A stretch of 64,000 nucleotides of DNA from a virus (taxonomy: Duplodnaviria > Caudoviricetes). Position 1 is the stretch's first letter; every line of letters starts with the position of its first letter. This document shows, one piece after another, positions 28,645-37,057 of this stretch. The translations under genes and the position numbers were made by a program. The notes below the pieces were generated by a model that was not told the origin of the DNA, did no database searches, and was given only the letters and a program-made list of their open reading frames with translations. Where the stretch lies: IMG/VR virus record IMGVR_UViG_3300044655_001017; one strand, given 5' to 3'.

Positions 28645-30192
28645 ATGACACACAGAAAAAAACTTTCAGAATTTGCAGGTCTCGAAGTAGAGTTGCCAAA
28701 AATTGAATTATCAGAACCGACTGTTGACATTGCATCAAATGAACTACAGCAGGATACACACGACGTTAATGCTGACGACGAAGGTGCAATGATGAAAGCT
28801 GACTTATACAAGTTAGCAAAATACAGCGTTAAATTATTTAAAAAAATAGAAGACGAAGATCAATTTGAATCTTGGGTACAGGCTAAAATTACAAAAGCTG
28901 CAGATTATATTTCTTCAGTTTACCATTACCTAGAATACGAAATGAAGTTTAGCGAATACGGCGATAAGATAGAGAATAGCGATATGTACTCAGAAAGTGA
29001 AAAAAGACAAATGAAAAATGCATTAATGGAAGCAAAGAAATCTCTTGCTGCCCTTAAAATTAACCAAGCTGACAAACTTAACCCGTTATCAGAAGCTAGA
29101 CGTAGTAGTAGCAAACCAGAAGTTAACTTTACTAAAGATGATTTAACCAGTTTACAAAACATTGCTGATTTAAACACATTAAAAACTAGAGCACTTGATT
29201 TAATCACAACACCCTCTAAACATCCAGTTACTCCTGATCTAGTTAACTATTCTAAGAACGCACTTGAAAATTGTAAAACACCGGCTGCAGTAATTATTTT
29301 CATGTACAATATGTTGTTAGGTGGTGAAGGGCTTGCAGTTATTGGTACACGCCACGGTATGGATGCTAGTCATTACAGAAAATCACGCGGTGGACTTAAA
29401 GATCCTGGTGAATTTAAAGAAGGCTTTAACGAAGTGTGTAGCGCATGCGGTGGTGCAGGCCATGTTGAAAAGAAAATCCCAGAAGCTACTAGAGTAAAAG
29501 TTGAAAAATATAATCGTCAAGCTAAAGCATTTAGTGCTGCTTCAAAACGGTTAGATAAAAATAAAAATGGTATTCCGGATGATATGGAAAGTGATGCCGG
29601 TGGTGAAGAATTTACTGCTACAAAAAAAGCAGCTCCAAAAAAATCATCGCCATTTGATAAAGAAGAATCTAAACCAAAAAAATCAGCTCCTAAAAAATCA
29701 TCTGATAACGAAGACGATTGTGACTCAGATAGTGAAAAACCTGATTCAAAAAAATCAGCTCCTAAAAAAGATAGCGGAAATCCATTTGCAAAAAAATCAG
29801 CTCCTAAAAAAGAAAAATCTGAAGAAGGTGATTCTAAAACAGAAAGCATGTTTGGCGGATCAGTATATGGTGAATCAGTAACACCTGTTAAAAAAACAAG
29901 TGGTGTAGCTGATAAAAAAGGCGGAAATCTATTTGCTAAAAAAGATGATGCTAAAAAAGACGGCGGCAAAGAGTTTGGAAAAGCATTAGACAAAGCTAGA
30001 GCAGATGTTAAAGAATCTGCTAAAGAAAAAGCTAAAAAAGATTACGATAAAGATGGCAAAATTGAAACCGGCAAAGAAGAACATAAAGGTTCTGTTGATA
30101 ATGCCATTAAATCATCTAAAGAAAAAGAATGCATGAACGAATCAGTTGAGTTAACACGTTTGAGAGAAATTACTTCACGAGTGATTAGATAA
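28645..30192 (+). CDS. Large charged low-complexity protein, possible capsid-internal protein
   Basis: GGAG RBS before ATG 28645; CSACGGAG; DKNKNG and DYDKDG; KKSAPKK repeats. Confidence 0.75.
   Translation: MTHRKKLSEFAGLEVELPKIELSEPTVDIASNELQQDTHDVNADDEGAMMKADLYKLAKYSVKLFKKIEDEDQFESWVQAKITKAADYISSVYHYLEYEMKFSEYGDKIENSDMYSESEKRQMKNALMEAKKSLAALKINQADKLNPLSEARRSSSKPEVNFTKDDLTSLQNIADLNTLKTRALDLITTPSKHPVTPDLVNYSKNALENCKTPAAVIIFMYNMLLGGEGLAVIGTRHGMDASHYRKSRGGLKDPGEFKEGFNEVCSACGGAGHVEKKIPEATRVKVEKYNRQAKAFSAASKRLDKNKNGIPDDMESDAGGEEFTATKKAAPKKSSPFDKEESKPKKSAPKKSSDNEDDCDSDSEKPDSKKSAPKKDSGNPFAKKSAPKKEKSEEGDSKTESMFGGSVYGESVTPVKKTSGVADKKGGNLFAKKDDAKKDGGKEFGKALDKARADVKESAKEKAKKDYDKDGKIETGKEEHKGSVDNAIKSSKEKECMNESVELTRLREITSRVIR
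29677..29811 (+). repeat. Dispersed 21-bp coding repeat (KKSAPKK x3)
   Basis: AAAAAATCAGCTCCTAAAAAA at 29677, 29749 and 29791. Confidence 0.9.
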
Positions 30193-30194
30193 TC

Positions 30195-30749
30195 ATGGAC
30201 ATGAAGAAAATTCTACAGGCAATGGATTCAGTTAAAACATCTGCTCCTATAGAAAATACAAATGACATGAAACAATTTATGTCAATTGTAACCGAAGGAT
30301 CTAATCCTCATAAAGTTGCATTGCCTATACAAATGGCAATGCAACACTATGCTAAACCAGTTGAAGAAGAATTAACTACAAAACAAACTAGACCATCATT
30401 ACTTAAACAGTATATGGCAGAAGCATCTGCAGAACAAGATGCAGTTCAATCTACTAAAGATGCTAGCCTTAAAATGTATGCTCAAAAGATTGCATATAAA
30501 GTAATGGGCGAGTCTGCAGATCTAAGATTAGGACCGCCAAACGCCGAATCTAATCCACAAGACGTGGTCAAAGTAGACATTCCGTTACTAATGCGTTTAT
30601 TAGAATACGCTAGAGAAGATGCACAAACTGACATAGATTTACACAATGTAACAGAAATGTTAATTAAGTTGAGTGCAAAAGGTAATGTTCTAACAATGGA
30701 TCATTATAATCAAATCGTAAGCAATCAGAGGACAGACGATGAATTTTAG
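30195..30749 (+). CDS. Hypothetical protein
   Basis: 184 aa; DIPLLMRLLEYAREDA. Confidence 0.7.
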   Translation: MDMKKILQAMDSVKTSAPIENTNDMKQFMSIVTEGSNPHKVALPIQMAMQHYAKPVEEELTTKQTRPSLLKQYMAEASAEQDAVQSTKDASLKMYAQKIAYKVMGESADLRLGPPNAESNPQDVVKVDIPLLMRLLEYAREDAQTDIDLHNVTEMLIKLSAKGNVLTMDHYNQIVSNQRTDDEF

Positions 30750-32574
30750 AGAATTAATGGACACTCTCGATAAGATTAATAAACCAATGTTATCAGAAGC
30801 GTTAACACTATCGGCAATTATTGCAATAACATCAGGATATGAACAAGATGACAAAGTTCGTATTCCTAAGTTAGCAGATCTTGCTAAACAAAACGGGTTA
30901 GAAGGGTTAGTTGATCCAGTAACTGGTCATTATATTAGTAACGAAGGCGATGAAGATGACGAAGTTCCCTTTGAAGTTGGCCAAAAATTAGCACAGGCTG
31001 GGTTACTTCCTAAAAATGCTAGATTAGAACAAGCAGGTTGGTTTGATAATCAAGACGTTTGGAATAAAGCAAATGCAGGATTAGTTGATCAAAGTTCGCA
31101 GATATCAGGTCAAGCAAATGATCTTGCTGACAAGATTAAAAAATTACAAGAGTTGTTTGGCAAATATGTTGAATTGTATAATAAAAAACATTCTGTAAAA
31201 ACAGGTGCTGCTCCAGTAGCAGGTGCTACTCCTCCTGGAATAGTTCCGCAAGGCGCACAAAATGTAATGAATCAAGCACACACTATGTTTAACAATGCAA
31301 CTGCAAATATGCCAGGAATGCAAGCTGCAATGAATAATATTCCAGGAATTAACAATATTCCTCCTGCAGTGAAAGAATCACAAGGTTTATCAAATGCGCT
31401 AATTGAGTCATTTGGGTACAATGTAGTAACAGAGGATGCTACAAGTGATCTAGCTGCAAAAGCAGTAGGTAAACGAATTCCCGGTTTAGGGTTAGCATTT
31501 GGTGCAAAAGACGCATATGACAGAGCTCAAAAGGGCGACTGGGCCGGAGCCGGTATAGCCGGTCTTTCAGGTCTTGCGTCGACTATTCCAGGTCTTGGTA
31601 CTGCAGCATCAATTGGATTAGATGGAGTTAACGCTGTTCGCGATTATGAATCAGATGATTCTAACGATATAGCCCCTACTAGTAACCCAATTGCACAACT
31701 ACAACAAATAATTGGTGCAACTCCTGATGGAAAATTTGGTCCAAAATCAGCAAAAGCATTGTCAGTTTGGCAAGAAAAAAATGGATTAATCCCAACTGGA
31801 AAACCGGATGCGCAAACATACGCAAAAGCAGGAATTGATATGAAACAACAAACTGTAGCAGAATCAATTGCATCACTACGTGACAGATTAGAAGCAATTG
31901 AAAACCAACCACATTTAGATGAAGGTGTAGGCGATTGGCTTAAAACTGGCTATAACGCAGCCAAAACTGCAGGAAAAGAATTTATGGGCGGATTTAACCG
32001 TCCTGATGCTATTAGAAATGCATCACAAGCTGCAGCAGGCGGCGTTGGTAATCCAAGTAAAGCTGCAAAAATTGGCGCGGGATTTGGTAACAACAAACTT
32101 AAAACTGGTGTAGCGGCAGGTGCAATTGCCGGTGCAGGTGCAATGGATGCTGCTAACAGTTATGATGCAGCACACGCACAAACACAAGGTCAATCTCCAG
32201 TTGGTAAACATCACGGTGGCGGACACGGTGGACATGGCGGTGGAAGTTATCCTCCAATCGATCCTGCAATCCAACAAGCATTAAAGGCTAAAGGTGCAGA
32301 CTTAGGAACAACTGGTCCTAATGGTGACGGCGTTGATGGGGTTAATGGCCCATTAACACAAGCTGCTATTGCAAAATTTGGTATGCCAAATGGCCAACAA
32401 GCGCAAGGCCAACAAGCGCCAGCAGCAGATGCAGCAGATGCAGCAGGTGATAAAGAAATGGCAGATTTAAAAGCGCAAATTCAAGCAATAACAGGTGAAC
32501 TTAGCAAATCAGGCAATGCCGACGCGGCAAAAGCAGCAACTGACATGCAAGCAAAACTCAGTACTATGCAATAA
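30739..32574 (+). CDS. Probable virion protein with two peptidoglycan-binding-like modules
   Basis: LQQIIGATPDGKFGPKS...WQEKNGL..TG and IQQALKAKG...VDGVNGPLTQAAI; Gly/Ala-rich hydrophobic hairpin. Confidence 0.7.
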   Translation: MNFRELMDTLDKINKPMLSEALTLSAIIAITSGYEQDDKVRIPKLADLAKQNGLEGLVDPVTGHYISNEGDEDDEVPFEVGQKLAQAGLLPKNARLEQAGWFDNQDVWNKANAGLVDQSSQISGQANDLADKIKKLQELFGKYVELYNKKHSVKTGAAPVAGATPPGIVPQGAQNVMNQAHTMFNNATANMPGMQAAMNNIPGINNIPPAVKESQGLSNALIESFGYNVVTEDATSDLAAKAVGKRIPGLGLAFGAKDAYDRAQKGDWAGAGIAGLSGLASTIPGLGTAASIGLDGVNAVRDYESDDSNDIAPTSNPIAQLQQIIGATPDGKFGPKSAKALSVWQEKNGLIPTGKPDAQTYAKAGIDMKQQTVAESIASLRDRLEAIENQPHLDEGVGDWLKTGYNAAKTAGKEFMGGFNRPDAIRNASQAAAGGVGNPSKAAKIGAGFGNNKLKTGVAAGAIAGAGAMDAANSYDAAHAQTQGQSPVGKHHGGGHGGHGGGSYPPIDPAIQQALKAKGADLGTTGPNGDGVDGVNGPLTQAAIAKFGMPNGQQAQGQQAPAADAADAAGDKEMADLKAQIQAITGELSKSGNADAAKAATDMQAKLSTMQ

Positions 32575-32587
32575 AAGTTTACAACTT

Positions 32588-32615
32588 AAAAAAGGCAGCT
32601 AGTCTGCCTTTTTTT
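32588..32615 (+). terminator. Intrinsic terminator
   Basis: AAAAAAGGCAG-CTAGT-CTGCCTTTTTTT. Confidence 0.85.
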
Positions 32616-32636
32616 ACCTTTATTTTACCAAGCCAG

Positions 32637-32665
32637 TTGACATACTGAGCAAACGAATATATAAT
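32637..32665 (+). promoter_or_regulatory. sigma70-type promoter for the polymerase operon
   Basis: TTGACA-N17-TATAAT. Confidence 0.8.
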
Positions 32666-32696
32666 ATATACTTTATAACACAAAGGAGAAGTACTA

Positions 32697-32951
32697 ATGA
32701 GTAGAGCATATGGTCCAGAAGAAAAAGCTAAACTTGAAAAATTAATTAACGAAGGTTCTTTAGTTTTACGTGAAGTTGAAGACTTACAAGCTGGCTTAAA
32801 AGATACTGTAAAAGCAGTAGCAGAAGAATTACAAGTTAAACCAGCAGTTATAAATAAAGCTATTAAGATAGCTCATAAAGGAAATTGGGCAGATCATAAT
32901 GAAGATTGGGAAGAAGTTGAAGCAATCTTAGACATTACAAAACGTATTTAA
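32697..32951 (+). CDS. Small dsDNA-binding protein (T4 DsbA / GapR-like)
   Basis: LKDTVKAVAEELQVKPAVINKAIKIAHK pattern; AAGGAG RBS. Confidence 0.6.
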   Translation: MSRAYGPEEKAKLEKLINEGSLVLREVEDLQAGLKDTVKAVAEELQVKPAVINKAIKIAHKGNWADHNEDWEEVEAILDITKRI

Positions 32952-32974
32952 CAAGTAGTAAAATGGAACGGCAG

Positions 32975-33022
32975 GCAGGCCATAAGCTGCAAAAGGGTAT
33001 TTGTGAGCCACAAGTCACATAC
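32975..33022 (+). promoter_or_regulatory. Twin hairpins sharing the loop GCCAYAAG
   Basis: GCAG-GCCATAAG-CTGC and TGTGA-GCCACAAG-TCACA. Confidence 0.5.
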
Positions 33023-33035
33023 ACTGAGATACAAT

Positions 33036-33209
33036 ATGGAAGAATTTAATACCTGTACGGAATGCATCCGTCCGGAAGTATGTACAGTAAGATGTGAATG
33101 CAGTATCATTGTTCATGGATCAGAAGAAGTTGCAAAACAACGCGACGAAGCGATGTTTATGGAATGGATTAATGATCATGCAACTAATCGCGATAGAGGT
33201 GCAGAATGA
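33036..33209 (+). CDS. Small Cys-rich protein
   Basis: MEEFNTCTECIRPEVCTVRCECS; ATG at 33036 preferred over the GTG inside the hairpin; ATGA overlap with the polymerase start. Confidence 0.5.
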   Translation: MEEFNTCTECIRPEVCTVRCECSIIVHGSEEVAKQRDEAMFMEWINDHATNRDRGAE

Positions 33210-35869
33210 GTTATGTAGATGCATGGTTTGATCGCGATAATGATGTTATTAAAATTGTAGAAAGAAATTCAAAAGGTGAACGGGAATACAAAGATATTGC
33301 CGTTAAACACACATTATATTATACAGACCCGAAAGGGAAATATCAATCAATTTACGGAGACCCCGTATCAAAAGTAATTTGTAACAATACAAAAGAGTTC
33401 CGCAAAGAACTTTCAATACACGGTAATAAAAAGCTGTTTGAAGCAGATATTAATCCAATTTTTAAATGCTTATCAGATAACTACCTTAATCATGACGCAC
33501 CTAAATTAAATATTGCGTTTTATGATATTGAGGTTGATTTCGATCCAGAACGCGGGTATGCATCACCCGATGATGCGTTTATGCCTATTACTGCTATTGC
33601 AGTGTATTTACAATGGTTAGATACTCTTATTTGTTTAGCAATACCTCCAAAGACATTAACTATGGATCAAGCTAAAGAACAAATTAGAGATATTCCAAAT
33701 ACTATTCTCTTTAACACAGAAGCAGAGATGTTAGACACATTTTTAACACTGCTTGAAGATGCTGATATTATTAGCGGATGGAATAGTGAAGGATTTGATA
33801 TACCATACACTGTAAATCGTGTTACAAAAGTTCTATCAAAAGATGATACACGCAGATTCTGCTTGTTTAATCAATTACCAAAAAGACGTGAATATGAAAA
33901 GTACGGCAAAGCTGCAGTAACATACGACTTTGTAGGACGTGTGCATTTAGATAGTTTACAATTATATCAAAAGTACACATATGAAGAAAGACATAGTTTT
34001 AGACTTGATGCTATTGCTGAATATGAGTTAGGTGATCGTAAAACACAGTACGAAGGTACGCTTGATCAGTTATACAACAATGACTTTAGAACGTTTATTG
34101 AGTACAACCGTCAAGATACTATGCTATTACACAGACTTGATACAAAATTAAAGTTTATTGACCTAGCTAATACACTTGCACACGAGAACACTGTATTACT
34201 ACAAACTACTATGGGTGCGGTTGCTGTAACAGAACAAGCAATTATTAACGAATCACATCACAGAGGGTTTGTTGTACCTAACAGAAAAGGTAAAGCAGAA
34301 CCAATTCAAGCTGCAGGTGCGTATGTTGCGTATCCTAAAGAAGGAATTCATGACTGGATTGGCTCGCTAGATATTAACTCTCTGTATCCAAGTGCCATTA
34401 GAGCATTAAATATGGGTCCGGAGACTATTGTAGGACAACTTAGACCAATCGTAACTGACGAATACATAGGCTTACAACTAGCTAAAGGTAAATCGTTTGC
34501 TTCTGCATGGGAAGGGTTGTTTGGTACACTTGAATATACGTCTGTTATGAATGAAGAAATAGGTACTGATATTACAATTGACTGGGAAAATGGCGATACT
34601 GATATATTAAGTGCTGCTGAAGTATACAGATTGATATTTGAAAGTAATCAGCCATGGGTTATGTCAGCTAATGGAACTATCTTTTCATATGAAACAGAAG
34701 GTATTATTCCTGGATTACTAAAGCGATGGTATGCAGAACGTAAGGATATGCAGAAAAAGCTAAAAGAAGCTATTAATGCAGGTAATAAGATTGAAGAAGA
34801 ATATTGGGATAAACGTCAGCTGGTTAAGAAGATTAACCTAAATAGTTTATATGGTGCTATTCTTAATCCTGGATGTAGGTTCTTTGATAAACGTATTGGG
34901 CAATCAACTACGTTAACTGGCAGACAAATTGCTAAACACATGGCAGCTAAAGTAAATGAGATTATAACCGGCGAATACAATCACACAGGTAAGTCTATTA
35001 TTTACGGTGACACTGACTCTTGTTACTTTTCAGCGTATCCTACACTTAAACGTGAAATAGATAATGGTAGTTTACCATGGTCTAAGGAAACTGTTGTTCA
35101 ATTATATGATCAAATTAGTGATCAAGTTAATAGTACATTCCAACAGTTCATGCTTGATGCATTTCATTGCCCTAAATCACGTGGTGAAGTAATTAAAGCT
35201 GGTCGTGAGATTGTTGGTAGTAAGAGCTTATTCATTACTAAAAAACGTTATGCAGTACTAGTATACGATAAGGAAGGTAAACGTAAGGATACACTTGGTA
35301 AAAACGGTGAAATTAAAGCTATGGGCTTAGATTTAAAGCGTAGTGATACACCTGAATTTATTCAAGACTTCTTATCACAAGTATTAGAAATGGTATTAGG
35401 TGGTGATACTGAACAGCATGTACTAGATTACATCAGTAAGTTTAGGATATCGTTTAAAGCTAGACCAGGTTGGGAAAAAGGTTCGCCTAAACGCGCTAAT
35501 AGCATTACGTCTTATTTAGAAAAAGAAGCTAAACAAGGCAAAGTTAATATGCCCGGACATGTTAGAGCAAGTTTAAACTGGAATACACTAAAACGTATGT
35601 ATGATGACAAGTATTCGATGTCTATTACAGACGGTGCAAAGGTAATTGTATGTAAACTTAAACAAAACCCATTAGGGTTTACAAGTGTTGCGTACCCAGT
35701 AGATGAATTACGCTTACCGCAATGGTTTAAAAACCTACCATTTGATCATAATGGAATGGAAGATACTATTATTGATAACAAACTTGATAACTTGATTGGC
35801 ATTTTGAACTGGAAATTAGCTGACACGTCAGATAGAAACACATTTAACAGTTTATTTGAATTTGAATGA
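33206..35869 (+). CDS. Family B DNA polymerase (T4 gp43-like)
   Basis: Exonuclease motifs YDIEV, GWNSEGFDIPY and YNRQD; polymerase motifs DINSLYPS, KINLNSLYG and YGDTDS. Confidence 0.97.
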   Translation: MSYVDAWFDRDNDVIKIVERNSKGEREYKDIAVKHTLYYTDPKGKYQSIYGDPVSKVICNNTKEFRKELSIHGNKKLFEADINPIFKCLSDNYLNHDAPKLNIAFYDIEVDFDPERGYASPDDAFMPITAIAVYLQWLDTLICLAIPPKTLTMDQAKEQIRDIPNTILFNTEAEMLDTFLTLLEDADIISGWNSEGFDIPYTVNRVTKVLSKDDTRRFCLFNQLPKRREYEKYGKAAVTYDFVGRVHLDSLQLYQKYTYEERHSFRLDAIAEYELGDRKTQYEGTLDQLYNNDFRTFIEYNRQDTMLLHRLDTKLKFIDLANTLAHENTVLLQTTMGAVAVTEQAIINESHHRGFVVPNRKGKAEPIQAAGAYVAYPKEGIHDWIGSLDINSLYPSAIRALNMGPETIVGQLRPIVTDEYIGLQLAKGKSFASAWEGLFGTLEYTSVMNEEIGTDITIDWENGDTDILSAAEVYRLIFESNQPWVMSANGTIFSYETEGIIPGLLKRWYAERKDMQKKLKEAINAGNKIEEEYWDKRQLVKKINLNSLYGAILNPGCRFFDKRIGQSTTLTGRQIAKHMAAKVNEIITGEYNHTGKSIIYGDTDSCYFSAYPTLKREIDNGSLPWSKETVVQLYDQISDQVNSTFQQFMLDAFHCPKSRGEVIKAGREIVGSKSLFITKKRYAVLVYDKEGKRKDTLGKNGEIKAMGLDLKRSDTPEFIQDFLSQVLEMVLGGDTEQHVLDYISKFRISFKARPGWEKGSPKRANSITSYLEKEAKQGKVNMPGHVRASLNWNTLKRMYDDKYSMSITDGAKVIVCKLKQNPLGFTSVAYPVDELRLPQWFKNLPFDHNGMEDTIIDNKLDNLIGILNWKLADTSDRNTFNSLFEFE

Positions 35870-35877
35870 ACTACTTA

Positions 35878-35906
35878 TTGACAAATTGATACAAATATAA
35901 TATAAT
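35878..35906 (+). promoter_or_regulatory. sigma70-type promoter for the clamp/TGT operon
   Basis: TTGACA-N17-TATAAT. Confidence 0.8.
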
Positions 35907-35927
35907 ATATAAAACTAGGAGATATAC

Positions 35928-36665
35928 ATGAAAAACTTTTTACAAGATTTAGTAGCACATACACACACATTAACCGTTTTACCATTAGTTAAAGTAACCG
36001 CAACTGCAGAAAATGCAGTGATCGAATCAGTAGCAGAAGATAGATCAGTAATGCTGTACGCAACTACACATACGCCAGTTAATGGTCTCGAACCATGCAT
36101 CTTTGGTATGCCAAACTTAAACAAATTAGACTTACATCTTAAATGTCCAGAATATAAAACTGATGCAACTATTAAAGTTGTACAAGAAACTAGAGATGGT
36201 GTGAAAATTCCAACAGGGTTACACTTTTCTAATGTAGCCGGCGATTATGAAAATGATTATAGATTTATGAATGAAGAAATCGTTAGTGCAAAAGTAAAAA
36301 GACCAAAACTTAAAGTAGAAATTGTGTATGACTTAGATTTTATTCCAGCTGAGGTAAGCATTCAGAGATTAAAACACCAAGCTGCTGCACATACTGAAGA
36401 AACTGTATTTCAACTAGTAACAGTTGATAACGATCTAGTATTTAGATTTGGTGATGCTAGTACACACGCAGGATCATTTGTATTCCATCATAACATTAAT
36501 ACTACATTAAAAAATACATGGTCATGGCCAATTACTCCAATTTTAAGTATTTTAAACTTAAATGGTAACTTAACTATGAAAGTTTCAGATCAAGGTTCGT
36601 TACAAATTATAGTTGACAGTGGTATTGCAGTTTATAACTACACTATTCCAGCATACACAAAATAA
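35928..36665 (+). CDS. Probable sliding clamp (gp45/PCNA-like)
   Basis: 245 aa, directly after the polymerase; alternating beta/alpha pattern; ends YNYTIPA like PCNA; a clamp loader is encoded in the window. Not a motif-level identification. Confidence 0.6.
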   Translation: MKNFLQDLVAHTHTLTVLPLVKVTATAENAVIESVAEDRSVMLYATTHTPVNGLEPCIFGMPNLNKLDLHLKCPEYKTDATIKVVQETRDGVKIPTGLHFSNVAGDYENDYRFMNEEIVSAKVKRPKLKVEIVYDLDFIPAEVSIQRLKHQAAAHTEETVFQLVTVDNDLVFRFGDASTHAGSFVFHHNINTTLKNTWSWPITPILSILNLNGNLTMKVSDQGSLQIIVDSGIAVYNYTIPAYTK

Positions 36666-37057
36666 TGATGGATATTAGAAAAGCATTAAAATTATTAGAT
36701 ATCATATATGTAAACGAAAACGATAGCATTAAATCGTCAGTTGATAAACTAACAATGTTAGCGCAATTAGATATGCCATCTTATTCTATGCCAGGACCGT
36801 TTGAACAGTTTTATGTTGATTACGAATACATGAAACAACGTGTGCAAGGACTTGAATCGAGATTAACCACACTTGAAGATTATAATCGAAACCCATATAC
36901 AAATTACACTGTTAATTCGCATATAGTTGGACATGTTACTGCAAGTCCGCAGTTTGTAAGTGCATTTAACAGAATTACACAATTAGAAACTGAATTACAA
37001 GTTACTAAAACGTTACTTAGTAAGTTATTAACCCCAGAACAGGAAGAAGATGAATAG
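36665..37057 (+). CDS. Hypothetical coiled-coil protein
   Basis: Coupled to flanking genes. Confidence 0.65.
   Translation: MMDIRKALKLLDIIYVNENDSIKSSVDKLTMLAQLDMPSYSMPGPFEQFYVDYEYMKQRVQGLESRLTTLEDYNRNPYTNYTVNSHIVGHVTASPQFVSAFNRITQLETELQVTKTLLSKLLTPEQEEDE

Noticed and set aside
28590-29993. Antisense and alternate-frame ORFs over the Lys-rich gene
   Set aside because: Low-complexity codons leave other frames open by chance.
33206-35869. Intron or intein in the DNA polymerase
   Set aside because: Continuous 887-aa ORF with normal motif spacing and no splice or homing endonuclease motifs.
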